Assembly: GCA_013265495.1 (NCBI GenBank)
Contig: MU058636.1
Coordinates: forward strand, 5,181,741-5,245,740
DNA: 64,000 nt
Reading direction: 5' to 3'
From: Vicugna vicugna
Taxonomy: Eukaryota
Positions 1-12,179 of this stretch are shown here, piece by piece. The position numbers and the translations under genes are program-made. The notes below the pieces were generated by a model. It searched no databases. It was not told the origin of the DNA and saw only the letters and a list, made by a program, of their open reading frames with translations. Within the stretch, counting starts at the first letter, position 1. Every line of letters begins with the position of its first letter.

Positions 1-918
1 CGTTACTTTAAGGAGAAGTGGCATCTTAATGAGATTAAATCTTCCAATTCACAACATGGTATACTTAGCCAGTTATTTAGATTGCCTTTAATTTCTCTCA
101 GTTAATGTCTTGTAGTTTTCAATATAAACATAGTGTGTATGTTTGATGAAGTGTATTCCTAAGTATTTTTTTGATGTTGCCATAAATGGGTTTTTCCCCC
201 TAAATTTCACTTTCTAATAGTTTGTTGCTGCTATATAGAAATTCAGTTGATTTTTGTATATTGACCTTGATACTTGTGACCTTACTAAATTCACTTATTA
301 GTTCTAGGAGCAGCTCTGTAAATCTTTGGGATTTTATATATATGTAATATGATTATCTAAAAATATAGATGGTTTAGTTTCTTTCCAAACTGCCTGCTTT
401 TGTTTCCTTTTCTTGCCTATTGTATGACTAGGGCTTCTAGTAAGTTGCTGAATTGAATTAAGGGTAGTAGACATATTTACCTTGTTACTGATCTTAAACA
501 GAAAGCATTCAGTCTTTAACCATTAAAAATGATGTCAGTTGTAAGAGTCTCGTAAATTCTATCAGGTTGAGAAAATTTCCTTTTATTTCTAGTTTACTTA
601 GAACTTTTATCATAGGTGTGTGTTTAATTTTGTCAAGTAGATTGTCTGCATCTGTTGAGATAATTATAGGGTTTTTCCACTTTAGTATATTAGTATGGTG
701 AATTATATTAATTTATTTTCAGATATTAAATCAACTTGCATTTCTGATATAAAACTTACTTGATTTTAATGCATTATTCTTCGTATATATTGCAGAATTG
801 AGTTTGCTAATATATTTTAAAAAGATTTTTGTATTTATATTTGTAAGTGATATTCTTTTCTTATATCTTTGAATGTTTTTGGTATCAGTAATATGGGCTA
901 ATGATATAAATTGGGAAG

Positions 919-1424
919 TGTGGTAAGCTAAATAATGGTGCTCAAACAGATATCCATGACCTAATCCCCAGAATTCTTGATTATCATCTTATATATAAGT
1001 AAAATTTTGCTAGTATGATTAAGTTAAGATTCTTGAAATGGGGAGATTATCTTGGATTGTCATGATTGTCTGTAAATGCAATCGTAAGTGACTTTACAAG
1101 TAATAGGCAGAGGGAGATCTCACACAGATTGCAAAGGAGAAGGCATACCGAAGAGGAGGAGGAAGTGTGTCCATAGAGGCATAGATTGGAGTAATGTGGC
1201 CACATGCCAAGGAATGCTGGCAGCCACTAGCTGCTGAAAGAGTTAAGAAAAGGATTCCAGCAAGAGCCTCTGGAGGGAGTGCAGCCCAACTCACCCATTG
1301 ATTTTGGCCCATTGGTGCTGTTTTTGGATTTCTGGCCTCCCGAATTGTGAGGGAATAAAGTTCTGTTGTCTTAAGCCAGCAGGTTTATGGTAATTTGTTA
1401 CATTAGCCTCAGGAAACTAATAGA
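919..1424 (+). mobile_element. MLT1D-like MaLR solo LTR with 5-bp TSD
   Basis: Starts TGTGGTAAGCTAAATAATGG, has gggagattatcttggat, gccaaggaatgctggcagccac and aataaagttctgttgtcttaagcca, ends ggaaactaataga; flanked by GGAAG at 914-918 and 1425-1429. Confidence 0.9.
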
Positions 1425-1944
1425 GGAAGTATTCCCTTCTGTATATTCTGGAATATTTTGTGTAGGATTGGTATTATTTCTTCTTTAAATGTTAGAATTC
1501 GCATGTGAAACTCTGGGGTATACTTTTTTATGCCAAGAATGTAAATTATAATTTCAATTAAAAAAATTAACATAGAACCATTTAGGTTCTCTATGTTATC
1601 TTGAGTTAGTTTTGGTTATTTGCATCTTTCAAAGACTTTTTCCACTTCATCTATATAGTTGGGCTTATTGGCATAAAGTTATTAATAATATTTCCTATTG
1701 TCTTTCAAATTTCTGTAGAATCTGTGGTAAAGTCCTCTCTTTCACTCTGGATGTTGGTAATTTGTTTCTTCTCTCTTTTATTCTTGATCAATATAAGTAG
1801 ATGTATATCTATTTCATTAATTTTTTCAGAGAACTTTTTTAGATTCATTGATTTTCCCTATTGTTTAATTTTTATTTTTAAATTTCTGATATTATTTTCT
1901 TTCTTTTACTTATTTTGGGCTTAACCGATTCTTTTTTTAGGCTC

Positions 1945-2023
1945 TTAAAGGGAAAATTTTAATTTATTTTATTTTATTTTCCCTTTATCAGTTTCATTAG
2001 GTAGAAATTAAAGGGGAATTTTA
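1945..2023 (-). mobile_element. Tiny 5'-truncated retro-insertion with (AAAAT)n tail and ~16-bp TSD
   Basis: ttaaagggaaaatttta (1945-1961) and ttaaaggggaatttta (2008-2023) flank ~46 bp that begin with (attt/atttt)n on the + strand. Confidence 0.6.
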
Positions 2024-3695
2024 GACATTGATTTTAGGCTTTTCTTCATTTCAATTACAAGCATTTGAAACTAGTTTCCCTATACACATTTCTTCAGCTT
2101 AAGTTTTGATATCTTGTATTTTCAGTTTAATTTAGTTCAGAATATCTTCTAATTTGTGATTTATTTCTCTCATCCTTGGGTTATTAAGAAATATATTGCT
2201 TAATTTCCAAATCGATGGATATACTCCAGATATATTTCTGTTATTAAATTCTAATTTTGTTCTCTAGTGGGTCAGAAAACACATGCTATATGAGTTCAGT
2301 CCTTTTATATTTACTGAGATTATTTTGGCCAGGCATATTGTCTATCTTGGTAACTGTTACATGTGCACTTGAAAATACTGCTGTTGGTAGGTGGAGCATC
2401 AGTAAATAATTTGATCACATTGGTTGGTAGTTTTGCTCAAGTTTTCTATATTTTTACTGATTTCATGTTTACTTGTTCTGTCAATTACTGAGAGAGGAGT
2501 GTGAAAATCTTGGCTCTGACTGTTCTCTATTTCATTTTAGAGCTTTTGCTTTACATATTGTGGAGCTCTTTTATTAGGTGTCATACATGTATGATTGTTA
2601 TGTCTTAACTTTTTCCTGTCTCTGGAAGTTTCCTTGTCTTAAAGTCTATCTTTTCTGACATTAATAGTCTCCATCTTTCTTATGTTTACTGTTTTTATGA
2701 TATGTCTTTTTCATTATTTTACTTTCCATCTATTTCTACGTTTGTATTTTAAATGCTTCTATGATAGCATATAGCTGAGTATTGCTGTTTATATAGTCTG
2801 AATATCTTTATCTTTTGATCAGAGTGTTATTACATTAATATAATTAATGATGTACTTGAATTTAAGTCTACCATCTTGTCATTTGTTTTCAACATACATT
2901 GTCTCTTTTTGTTCCTCTGTAACTCCTTTCCTGTTTTTTTTTTTTTTTTTTTTTTGGTGAATGAAATGCTTTTAGTAGCATTTTAATTCATCTATTGGCT
3001 TTTTAGATACGTTTCTTTGCAATTAGTGCTTGCTCCAGGGATAGCAACATGCATCTTTTACTTACCAGAATTTAATTAAGTTATAGTAGGAAACTTGCAT
3101 CAGTATATGGATCCACGTGCATTTGTATTTTAATACTCTTTTTGGTTTTTATTTGTGAACTGCTATTAATTTTTTTTTGATATATGCTAGTTGCATAATA
3201 GAATGACCTTTTTTAAATGTGAACCTACTGAGGGATTTCCGAAAGAACGTCTGGGGAGGAAATTAGAATGAGGGTGCATGTGGTGTGACATCATACATGT
3301 AGAATATAAAAGGCAGAGGGACTTCAGAGAGGTTGCGGCTGATGGAGAATGGGAGAGGGGAACGTTGCTGCAGAAGGTAGGACAGAGCTGAGGCTTAACC
3401 ACGCATGACCTGTGGCTTCTGAAAGATAAGGAAAATTGGAGACTGGGTGTGTGGGTAAAGTTTGGAAACTCAGTTGAGGCACTTTTTAACTTAAGAGATA
3501 AAATTAACAAAATAATGTGTTAATAGGGAAAAGTATGTTTTACTAGGACCTTGACTATTTTACAACCTGAGGATAAGCTGAGCTACAGAAAACCAGTGAA
3601 GATTCCTGAAGACATTTATAGAAAAAAAAATACAATGAAATGAAATAAATAAACAAAGAAGAATGAATGTAACTAGAATGTTGCCATAATTAAGA

Positions 3696-3764
3696 AAGCA
3701 CCTGCTTTGTTTCAAGTAGTATGCTAGGAATATAGAGTATTTAGAAATGAAAAAGAGATAATCT
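3696..3764 (+). repeat. Direct repeat copy 1 (69 bp, 68/69 identical to 4745-4813)
   Basis: aagcacctgctttgtt[t/c]caagtagtatgctaggaatatagagtatttagaaatgaaaaagagataatct read at both positions. Confidence 0.95.
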
Positions 3765-4704
3765 AGCCTCATTTTACAGGTGAGAAAATGGACTCTTCGT
3801 GTTTTTGCATAATATATAAAGTTAGGTTAAATGAACAAATTCTTGGTTTGTTTCCCCTTGTAAAACACTAGCAAGTGAATTGTGTTCCGCCCTGGTTTTT
3901 CTTTTCTTCTTTTGTCTGAATGTTTGTCTCTTCCTGAGGAAGGTCTTAACTACTGTGCTGCTTCTCGAAAAAGCATCCTTAATCATCAAGCAGATGTGCC
4001 AGTGGCAAAGGAAAAACAAGAAGTCTTGAGCAGCTCATTAGATGAACCTTAGGATAGGACTGGTTCCATTTAATTCTCAAGGCCCTCTTATTATATTTCT
4101 CTTTAAGAGAGAAATTGCAGTATGGTTCTTGTAGTTTAGTTCTTCTGCACTGGGAGATTGTCTTGTCTTGGGAAATTTTAAGATTTCATTTTGACTTTTA
4201 ATGTGCCAGCCAAGTTATTTAAAGAGTCAAGTAAAAATCTTAAGTATTAGGATGATGAAAAGTGTTTTAACTACTTTAAACAATTTAAATCACTTACCAT
4301 TGGGGGTAAATTGATAAAGATAAAATGGATAAAGAAGCCCAGGTATGCTGGCACATGGTATTGTCATAGTTGAAATTGGACATCATGATGTTCCAAAATT
4401 TAATTGAGTGTAATCAGCTGCAGCATGTAGCCCAGGACTGCAAGAATCCTGTAGCCAAGACTCCTCAGCCAGTGGCAGTCACAGCGTTCGTCTCAACAAT
4501 AGCCTACATTTTATCATCTCTTGCCCTCAGCTGCTGACAGAGAACCTTCCCCTTTGTCCACATTTTTAATTTGAATTCGACCTTAAATAATACGTTTGGA
4601 AAACACACCAACATAATGCTCTTCTCAAAGGAGAAAAGCCTCTAGTATCCCCTATACTCCATCTCTTAAGCACATACTCAAAGTGGGAGATTATTTTTTA
4701 GTGA

Positions 4705-4830
4705 TTCAATCATTCATTTATTGGTCACTCAGTTAACACATATCAAGCACCTGCTTTGTTCCAAGTAGTATGCTAGGAATATAGAGTATTTAGAAATGAA
4801 AAAGAGATAATCTCACTGAGGTGCTCACTC
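4705..4830 (-). mobile_element. L2 3'-end fragment containing direct repeat copy 2 (4745-4813)
   Basis: ttcaatcattcatttattggtcactcagttaacacatatcaagcacctgctttgttccaag resembles the antisense L2 tail (cattcattca...attgagcacctactatgtgccagg). Confidence 0.7.
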
Positions 4831-5499
4831 CACGTGCTTCTGTGAGATCTTGTTTAGAGGTTCTAATGGGACAGGTAAGCGTTGAGTATGCCTAGGAATC
4901 CTCTTTCTTCCTAGGGAAGGAATATCTTTTCTCAGTGAACCTGATATTTGGGTAAGAGCACATGATCCAGATCAGCTGACCTAGTCTGGTTTCCAAGAAA
5001 GTGACTGATGTTATGGCCAGATAACCCTTATTTCTTAAAACAAAACAGCCTCGCAGGAAGACAGACATGTAATGCACAGAGTTAGTGTAGTGTGATGAGT
5101 GGCTGTGTGAGGGCTGCAGAGCAGAGAAGAAAGTGGCAGAGAGGGGTTGCTGGTTGGCTTCATAGACGGCCTCTTGGAGTAGGCGGCCCTGGGCTCTAGA
5201 AGAGCTGGGAGCTCACTGGGGCGTGAACGTGGGAGAGCCTTGCTGGCAGGATGAACATCCTGTGCCTCTGAATAGCATTTATCACATTCTGCTGTGTGGC
5301 TTTTTGCCTTCCTCCCTCAGACCATGGGCTCCTCCAGGCCTGAGAGGGCTGATTCTTAATTGTCTTTGCATCCTATGCTCTAGCAGAGTGTTTTCAAATT
5401 GCTGTTTTAGCTCGATGGACTAAAGGTGCACTGAAAATGTCTTCTAATAGATTTCATAATGGTGCGAGGGTACATGCAGACCATTCCCCACTCAGTATG

Positions 5500-5705
5500 A
5501 ATAGGCAGTGTGCAGTCAAAGGCTGTTTCAAACCCTGGTTCACCAGTCATTGGGTCATATAATCTTGAGCACGATACCCTCCCTGAAACTTCTCCTTATA
5601 AGAAAAATGAAAAAAATACCTACTTTACACGTTGTCTTGAAGACTGAATGAGATAATGCATATGATGTGACTGGCATATTCACTGACATCTTGCTCCATA
5701 TTAAT
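5500..5705 (+). mobile_element. MIR SINE (degenerate)
   Basis: Core-like aaaatgaaaaaaatacctactttacacgttgtcttgaagactgaatgagataatgcatatg. Confidence 0.7.
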
Positions 5706-6869
5706 TCCCCATACCCATGTATAACATGCTCCTTAAACTGACTTGGAATTTAGTTGCTACATTTGTTGGAGGAAAAAAATTAAGGACCTGGAATATAGCT
5801 CACCAAAGAAGAAAAATTCTGCTCATGTGAACAGTAACCACGTTTATAGCTTCATACACATTCATACACGTTGTTATGTATCTACATATTGCAAATAGTT
5901 GTGCTTCGATGATTCTCTTGGGGAGGATGCTTTAGTTGACTGATGGTTATACATGCGTCCCAGGTGTGTTCTGGTAAGGCAGCATCTAGAAGTCAGGAGG
6001 CTATTTGCAGGATGCCATGAACATTTGAAATGTTAAATTTAAAAATACTGAATATATATTTTGCTGCAGAATCATTATGATAAGTAATAACCCAGGAGAA
6101 AAGAATTCTCCTTGTTTAAGAATATAATTTTGGGGAAAAAAATCTAAATGTTCTCTCCACGAATCTCTGTGAATCAGGAAGAGCTGGCTGTTGTTTGGTT
6201 TAGGGAAGTGGTAGCGCCCCCATTTTCCTTGGCAGCAGAATTTGACAATCTCTGGTCTGTTAGATTAAACTATTTCAGTGCAAACCAGTTCTAAATCACT
6301 TTAGATATTTCTTAAACTGGTATCTTCCTAAATATTAACCCAGCCTTGAGAGCGGTGTGCCATTTTGGGGAATAGTCAATTTCTGGAATAATAGTAGATT
6401 TAGTTTAAGCACTCAGGGTATGTATCATTGAATGATATAAACGGCCACTTTCCTCTTATCTGTCCACCCAATTCAACATCATTTTTGAAGAGGGGAATAA
6501 TTAATTCCATATCAAGGCTCCAAATCTTATGAGTCCTCCAACTACTTATTCCCCGCAGGGACCGAAGAGAAGAAGCTGACACTCAGGAGCATTATCTTTG
6601 ATGGACAGTATTTTCCGCATTCTGTCCTGGTTCAGCAGCATCTAAGAGTCAACCTCAGACTTGGCCACTGGATGGAGGTATTTTTGTGTTCTCCCTGTTA
6701 TGTGTCTCCCTTGATTAAAACATTCAGGACAGCAGGTTTAAGTGGCTTGATCTGTGTGAGAGACTTAACATTCCTAGGAAACACTTGTAAGTAAGAGGTG
6801 AGTGGATCCTTTGGGACTAAAGAAGGCCTCGTTCCTCTGAAGAATGTTACAGCATGACTCCCAGTTCTA

Positions 6870-7245
6870 TCTACTTCTCCAGCCATATCTTCTGGTGCAT
6901 CTTCTCTCTCTAACACACCCTATGCTCCAGCTGTGTTAAGCTGTTAGTGATGAATTCAGGAGGAATTCACAGAGATACAGAAGAGAAATACACTGCAAAC
7001 ACATTTAGTCTTTGCACATGCTATTCCTTTGCTTGGAATATCCTTCACCCCAGTATCTGTAGGAAAGCTCCTATCAATCCTTCAAAACCCTCCTCAAGTG
7101 TCACCTATTCTGTGAAGTTTTCTTCAACATCCCAAGAACTTAGATGATTTTTTTCCTCTGGGCTCTACCAGCACATTTAGTATTTCAATCTTAGTACTTA
7201 TCACACTGTTTTATAATTTACCTGCTTATCTGTCTGTTTCTCTGG
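6870..7245 (+). mobile_element. L2 fragment
   Basis: ctttgcacatgctattcctttgcttggaat, tcaagtgtcacctattctgtgaagttttc, tacttatcacactg...tctgtctgtttctc. Confidence 0.7.
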
Positions 7246-7464
7246 GACACACATTGTTAGTTGCCTACCAAAAACCTTTCCCCATCTCTTCTTATGGATA
7301 GAATTTTTAAAAAATTTCCTTGTTTCCAGTGAGGGCCTTGAGGGTATAGAGGGTTTAAATTTCATGGACTCACACAGCTAGTAGATAATGGAGCTGAAAT
7401 TAGACCCTGGTCTCTAAGACCAGAAGGCCACTCTGCCTCAGGGCATTTGCAGATTAACCTTTCA

Positions 7465-8060
7465 TTTTTTTTTAAATTAAAAGAAAATTAAAGTATAGTT
7501 TAAAAATCGAAGTATAGTTGCTGTACAATATTATATAGGTTACAGGTGTACAATATAGTGATTTACAGTTTTTAAAGGTTTTACTCTGTTTATAGTTATT
7601 ATAAAATATTGGTTATTTCCTCATGTTGTACAATATATCCTTGTAGCTTATCTCATACCTGGTAGTTTGTACCTCTTATCCCCCTACTCCTACATTACCC
7701 CTCCCCCTTCCCTCTCCCCACTGGTGACCACTAGTTTGTTCTCTATATCTGTGAGTCTGCTTCTTTTTTGTGATATTCACTAGTTTGTTATTGTTTTTTA
7801 GATTTCACATATATGTGACATCATACAGTATTTGTCTTTCTCTGACTTATTTCACTCAGCATAATGCCCTCCTAGTCCATCCATGTTGCTGCAAATGGCA
7901 AAATTTCATTCTTTTTTATGACTGAGTAATATTCCATTGTACATGTATATGCCACATCTTCTTTATCTGTTCATCTGTTGATGGACCACTTAGGTTGCTT
8001 CCATATCTTGGCAATTGTAAATAATGCTGCTATGAACTTTGGGGTGCATGTATTTTTTCT
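7465..8060 (-). mobile_element. L1 3' UTR fragment (cetartiodactyl-type), antisense
   Basis: T-tract then gaagtatagttgctgtacaatattatataggttacaggtgtacaatatagtg...ccatccatgttgctgcaaatggcaaaatttcattc...ggggtgcatgtat. Confidence 0.9.
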
Positions 8061-8239
8061 AATGTTGGTGTTGTTCAGGTATCCAGCTTCAGGGAAGACT
8101 GGGCCTCCTCCTCAGCCCCTGAAAGTGAGTTTTGAATAACCTAAGTCAATGATGGCAATTCTAGCCTGCCTGCCAGTAATTGGTTTCAGTTTGAGTGTGT
8201 GATGGAGTTTTGGCCAACAGCGGGAAATCAGCCATAGGG

Positions 8240-8404
8240 GGCGTTTCTGAAGCTCGACTGTGCATATGAATCACCTGGGATTTTGCTACAAGGCAGATTC
8301 TGAGCCTGTGGGTCTGGGGTGATGCTGAGGGTCTGTATTTCTAACAAGCTCCCAGGGGAGGTAGATCTGCATGCTGCAGCCTGAGGACCACACTGAGTAG
8401 TAAG
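8240..8404. mobile_element. MER5A-like hAT DNA transposon
   Basis: gtgcatatgaatcacctggga...gcagattctga...ctgtatttctaacaagctcccagg...gaccacactgagtag. Confidence 0.8.
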
Positions 8405-9884
8405 CTAAGGGGGCTTCTGGGTTAAGTTCCTTTACTTTTAAAAGGAGACATGAGAGAAAATTTCCTTTAAAGTCTCTGACATCAGCTGGTGACGTGTTGC
8501 CTGCAGCTGCTGCAGGTGTCTTGCAATGGTCAAGGAAGTAGCTGGCATGCAGAGAATGGCAGAGTGCAAAGATGGAGAAAAACCCTGGTCTGGAGCCAAT
8601 GCTGTCAAAGTGTGGGATTGATCAACCCGGGAACCACCCAACCTTGGCACATTGTATTATGTTCTGGAGGTATTCTTTTATGAAATGTTTATTTCAGTTA
8701 TGTATGTGTGTGTATAGTAGATGTACTGGGTCATGATGTAAAATGTCTTTCTGACTATGGGCTATGGTCACAAATACTCAAAAACACCAGCATGGCCAAA
8801 GGGCCACTTGTCCCTCTGGGGGACGACACAAGAGCACTGCACTCCCACGGGAGGCGAAGCTGGTCCCCTGAGCCCTGCCTGCCAGACGGGGCTCTGTGAC
8901 ATCCCACACCCATTCTGTCTCTCTCCAGTCACCAAGCCCCATGCCCAGAGGTCCAGCCCAGGGACTGTTTCCTTTCCAAATCTTCCCTTACTTCCTGGGG
9001 ATACAGCACTCACTCTGCGGTTTCTTCATTCAGCTGCTGCCTGTACTTGGCACTGAGGCTTCTCTGAGTCCTGTGAGTGGATGGGCCTCTTGCTTGCTAG
9101 CTGGCTCCAGGCCAGACCACATGGATCCGAGCCAGGGCTATTTGACCCTTGGGTCCAGCTGTCTGTGCTCTACCCCAGTGGTAAATGGACTGAGTCAGCA
9201 CTGGGGGCTCAAGGAGCTTTAACCAGTTAGCGGCCTGGAGTTTGGACCAGATCTTGCTGTGCCTGCTTCTTGGATCTTGGAGTGCTGAGGAAGGGGCACA
9301 TTTAATGACAGGACTTTGGTCCTGAATTCGAGGCATCACTCTGGAGACTTTTTGAGACTATTGGGAGGAACACCAGCCCTGCAAAGCCTCTCCTGGGAGA
9401 GGGTGGAGAAACCCAGCTCCCCATTTCTTTCCCTCCCTCCTTGTCCCAAGCCCCATCACCATCCCTGTCTCTACTGGTTCTGTAAATCTGGGTGAAATCT
9501 GAGGTGCTGGCAGGAGAGGTGTTAGTACTTTTCATTTTTCCTCTACGGTCTTCCTCCACCTGGCTCTGCACGAGGAAATATGACCCATGTGCCAAGGCAG
9601 AGCTCCCACAGCACCCAGGCTGTGAAAACTTCCCCAGTCTTCCTTTCCAGAATTAACTGTGCTTTCCGCTTGGCCCCTCAGGGTGTTGTTTGTGCCTTTA
9701 TTTGAGCTCGTATCACATGCTGCCTTATTGCAGTTTTTGGATTTCTCTCTGGCCTCCTCTATGTGCTTCTGACCTCCTTGAAACTGTGTTTTATTCATCT
9801 TAAAACATGCTGGGCATGCAGCAGGTGCACACACTTTGTAGGCTTGACGTGCTTATATATTTGGGGTTAAAAATCATCATTGAC

Positions 9885-11030
9885 ATGAGTGGTCAATTGA
9901 TTTTCAACAGGGGTGCCAAGATCATTCAGTAGGGGAAAGGACAGTGTTTTCAAAAAGTGGTATTGAAAAAATGTGTATCCACGTGCAAAAGAAAGAAGTT
10001 GGACCCTTACGTTATAGCATATACAAAACTTGACTCAAAATGGGTTATAGACCCAAATGTAAGTGCTAAAACTATAGAACTCTTTGAAGAAAACATAGGG
10101 GAAAGTCTTCATAACGTTGAATTTAGTGATAAATTCTTGGCTATGGCACCAAAGGCACAGGTTAAAAAAATACATATATATATATAAATTGGACTTCATC
10201 AAAATAAAAAACTTTGTGCATTAAAGAATACTATCAAGAAAGTGAGAAGACCACCCACAAAGTGGAAGAAAACATTTGAAAACCATATATCTTAGGAGAT
10301 GGAATAGGAGCTTGCTCCGTCCACTCCATACATCGACCTGGTATTACAGTATTTCCAGGAACAGTGCACCCTCTTCGGAGGAAAATAAACGATCGTGGAA
10401 AAGAAAAAAACAAAAAGAGAGAAAAAGAAAACCATATATCTGACAAGGGATTAATGTTGAGAATATATATGAAACTTTTATAACTCAGTGACAAAAATAC
10501 AAACAATTTGATGCAAAAAATGGGCAAAGGACTTGAATGGACGTTTCTCCAAAGAAGATATACAAATGGCCAACAATCACATGAAAATCACTAATAATTA
10601 AAGAAATGCAGATCAAATCCACAATGAGATACCACATACACCCATTAGGATGGCTACTATAAAAAAAAAAAGATAATAGCAAGTACTGGGGAGAGGATGT
10701 GGAGAAACGGGAACCCTTGTGCACTGCTGGTAGGAATGTAAAATGATACCACCTCTAAGGAAAGCAGTCTAGATGTTAAATTTTTTGCTTCAATTTCAAA
10801 AACTTAAAAATAGATCTAGCAATTTCACTTCTGGGTATATATTTGAAAGAATTGAAAATTGGAGTTATGTTTAGTGGGTACAGAGTTTCATTTTGGGTAA
10901 TGAAAAAGTTCTGGAGATGGATGGTGGTGACAGTTGTACAACAGTATGCATGTACTTAATACCACTGAACTGTACACCTGAAAATGGTTAAAATGGTCAA
11001 CTTATGCTACATTCATTTTAACACAACACA
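9885..11030 (+). mobile_element. L1MB-like ORF2 3' end plus 3' UTR (internally deleted), host of the U2 retrocopy
   Basis: ORF 9957-10187 (KKLDPYVIAYTKLDSKWVIDPNVSAKTIELFEENIGESLH) is decayed L1 ORF2 C-terminus; ends aaagttctggagatggatggtggtgac...aaaatggttaaaatgg. Confidence 0.9.
10293..10426 (+). pseudogene. RNU2: U2 snRNA retrocopy, 5'-truncated (about nt 110-188), with 3' extension and A-rich tail
   Basis: ggagatggaataggagcttgctccgtccactccatacatcgacctggtattacagtatttccaggaacagtgcaccc matches the U2 3' half (about 6 substitutions against human U2 as recalled); A-rich tail ~10399-10426; perfect TSD gaaaaccatatatct at 10278-10292 and 10427-10441. Confidence 0.95.
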
Positions 11031-12179
11031 ACACAACAGAATGGTCAGTGAGTTGCTAGTCTAGACAGTAGGGATAAGATGGTTTTCTCTCCTACTGAAT
11101 GGAGAAAAAGGATCAAGGCATTTTTGAGGGCTCAGGGTCCTAGGGGGCTGTGGCATGCCTTAAACATGGCCCACTTCTCTGTCTGCCCTCAAAGCCTCCT
11201 GCATCTCCACAGAGATTCAGAAAGTTGCTCAGTATCCAAGTTGTGCTGTAAGCCTGTGGTTCTGGAGTGCCCCAGGGCTCAAAGTTTCCAAGAACCACAG
11301 TCCGGGGGAGGGACAGAGTTCCATCACAGTGATTTTGGTTCAGAAATTCCACTATACAAGGAGGCTGAGACTGCTGTTCCACGTCCTGAGTTGGCTGGAG
11401 CGTGAACCACCACCATGAAGCCGTGTCAGGGCCCGTGCGAGGAGCCCGCGGGGTAGCTAGTATTGGTCAAGGCACCTCCTCAGGACAGGAGTGTCCCATG
11501 GGGTGCTGACTCACGGGGGCCTGTTCCCCAGGAGGACTGGTCTGTTGCTGTGGTGGCCCATGATGCTGAAGTGTCAGCTCTCCAGGGGACTGACTCAGAA
11601 ACAGTGACCTCTAAGCTGGCAGTGCTTCTTGATCTAAGACCTGGCTTTGAATCTCAGTGCTCGCACCTGGTGAAGGAGTCATTCTTGAAAAAAATGCTGA
11701 CTTTTCCCTTTGAAAGAGAAAATGCTCTCCATTTAGCCTAAATGAGATAAGTTTGTTCTTGTTGTTTTTAATCCGTGGCTATTCGTTGAACCATGGTTTC
11801 TGCATTGCCTTCATCTCATTCTCTTATTCTTAACTTGGAGCCTCCTCCTCACCTTTCCTGGGCTTTGATGCAATGCCCCACCTCAAATAGATTCCCTTTA
11901 TCTTCCAAAGGCCCTTCCAAGACCTCGAAGCCCCTGTTCACCAGGCTGTGGCCCAATGTGACCTGGTATCTGGCTGGCCACAGGGGAACTTGTTATAACC
12001 AGGCATGTCTAGGCCCCATTACGTTTGATTCAATGGCTCTGGAGTGGGATCCAGGGGGCTGCATATTTTAAAAACAATTTTATTGACATATAATTCACAA
12101 GGAGGGTTGTATTTTAAGCAGCACTTCTGATGACCTGATAAGCAGCCAGATTTGGGGACCTGACCTGAGGTGGAGGTCA

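Larger units (their letters stand above)
1..3110 (-). mobile_element. Ancient L1 (L1M-type) ORF2-region fragment, antisense, interrupted by an MLT1D LTR and a micro-insertion
   Basis: T-rich antisense L1 phrases throughout (e.g. tcagttgatttttgtatattgacctt, aaagcattcagtcttt, gtttgctaatat, ttaaagtctatcttttctgacattaatag); host sequence rejoins across 914-1429. No intact ORF. Confidence 0.85.
7248..8660 (+). mobile_element. Fragmented old MLT1 (J/K-like) LTR split by MIR-, L1- and MER5A-like insertions
   Basis: Pieces at ~7250-7310, ~8070-8235 (taattggtttcag...gagttttggccaac) and ~8405-8660 (gggcttctggg..., gagaatggcagagtgcaaagatggagaaaaaccctggtc) read as consecutive parts of one MLT1. Confidence 0.55.

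Noticed and set aside
9957..10187. ORF resembling a real protein
   Set aside because: It is decayed L1 ORF2 C-terminus; neighbouring frames are broken. The same applies to ORFs at 40625-41190 and 35467-36075.
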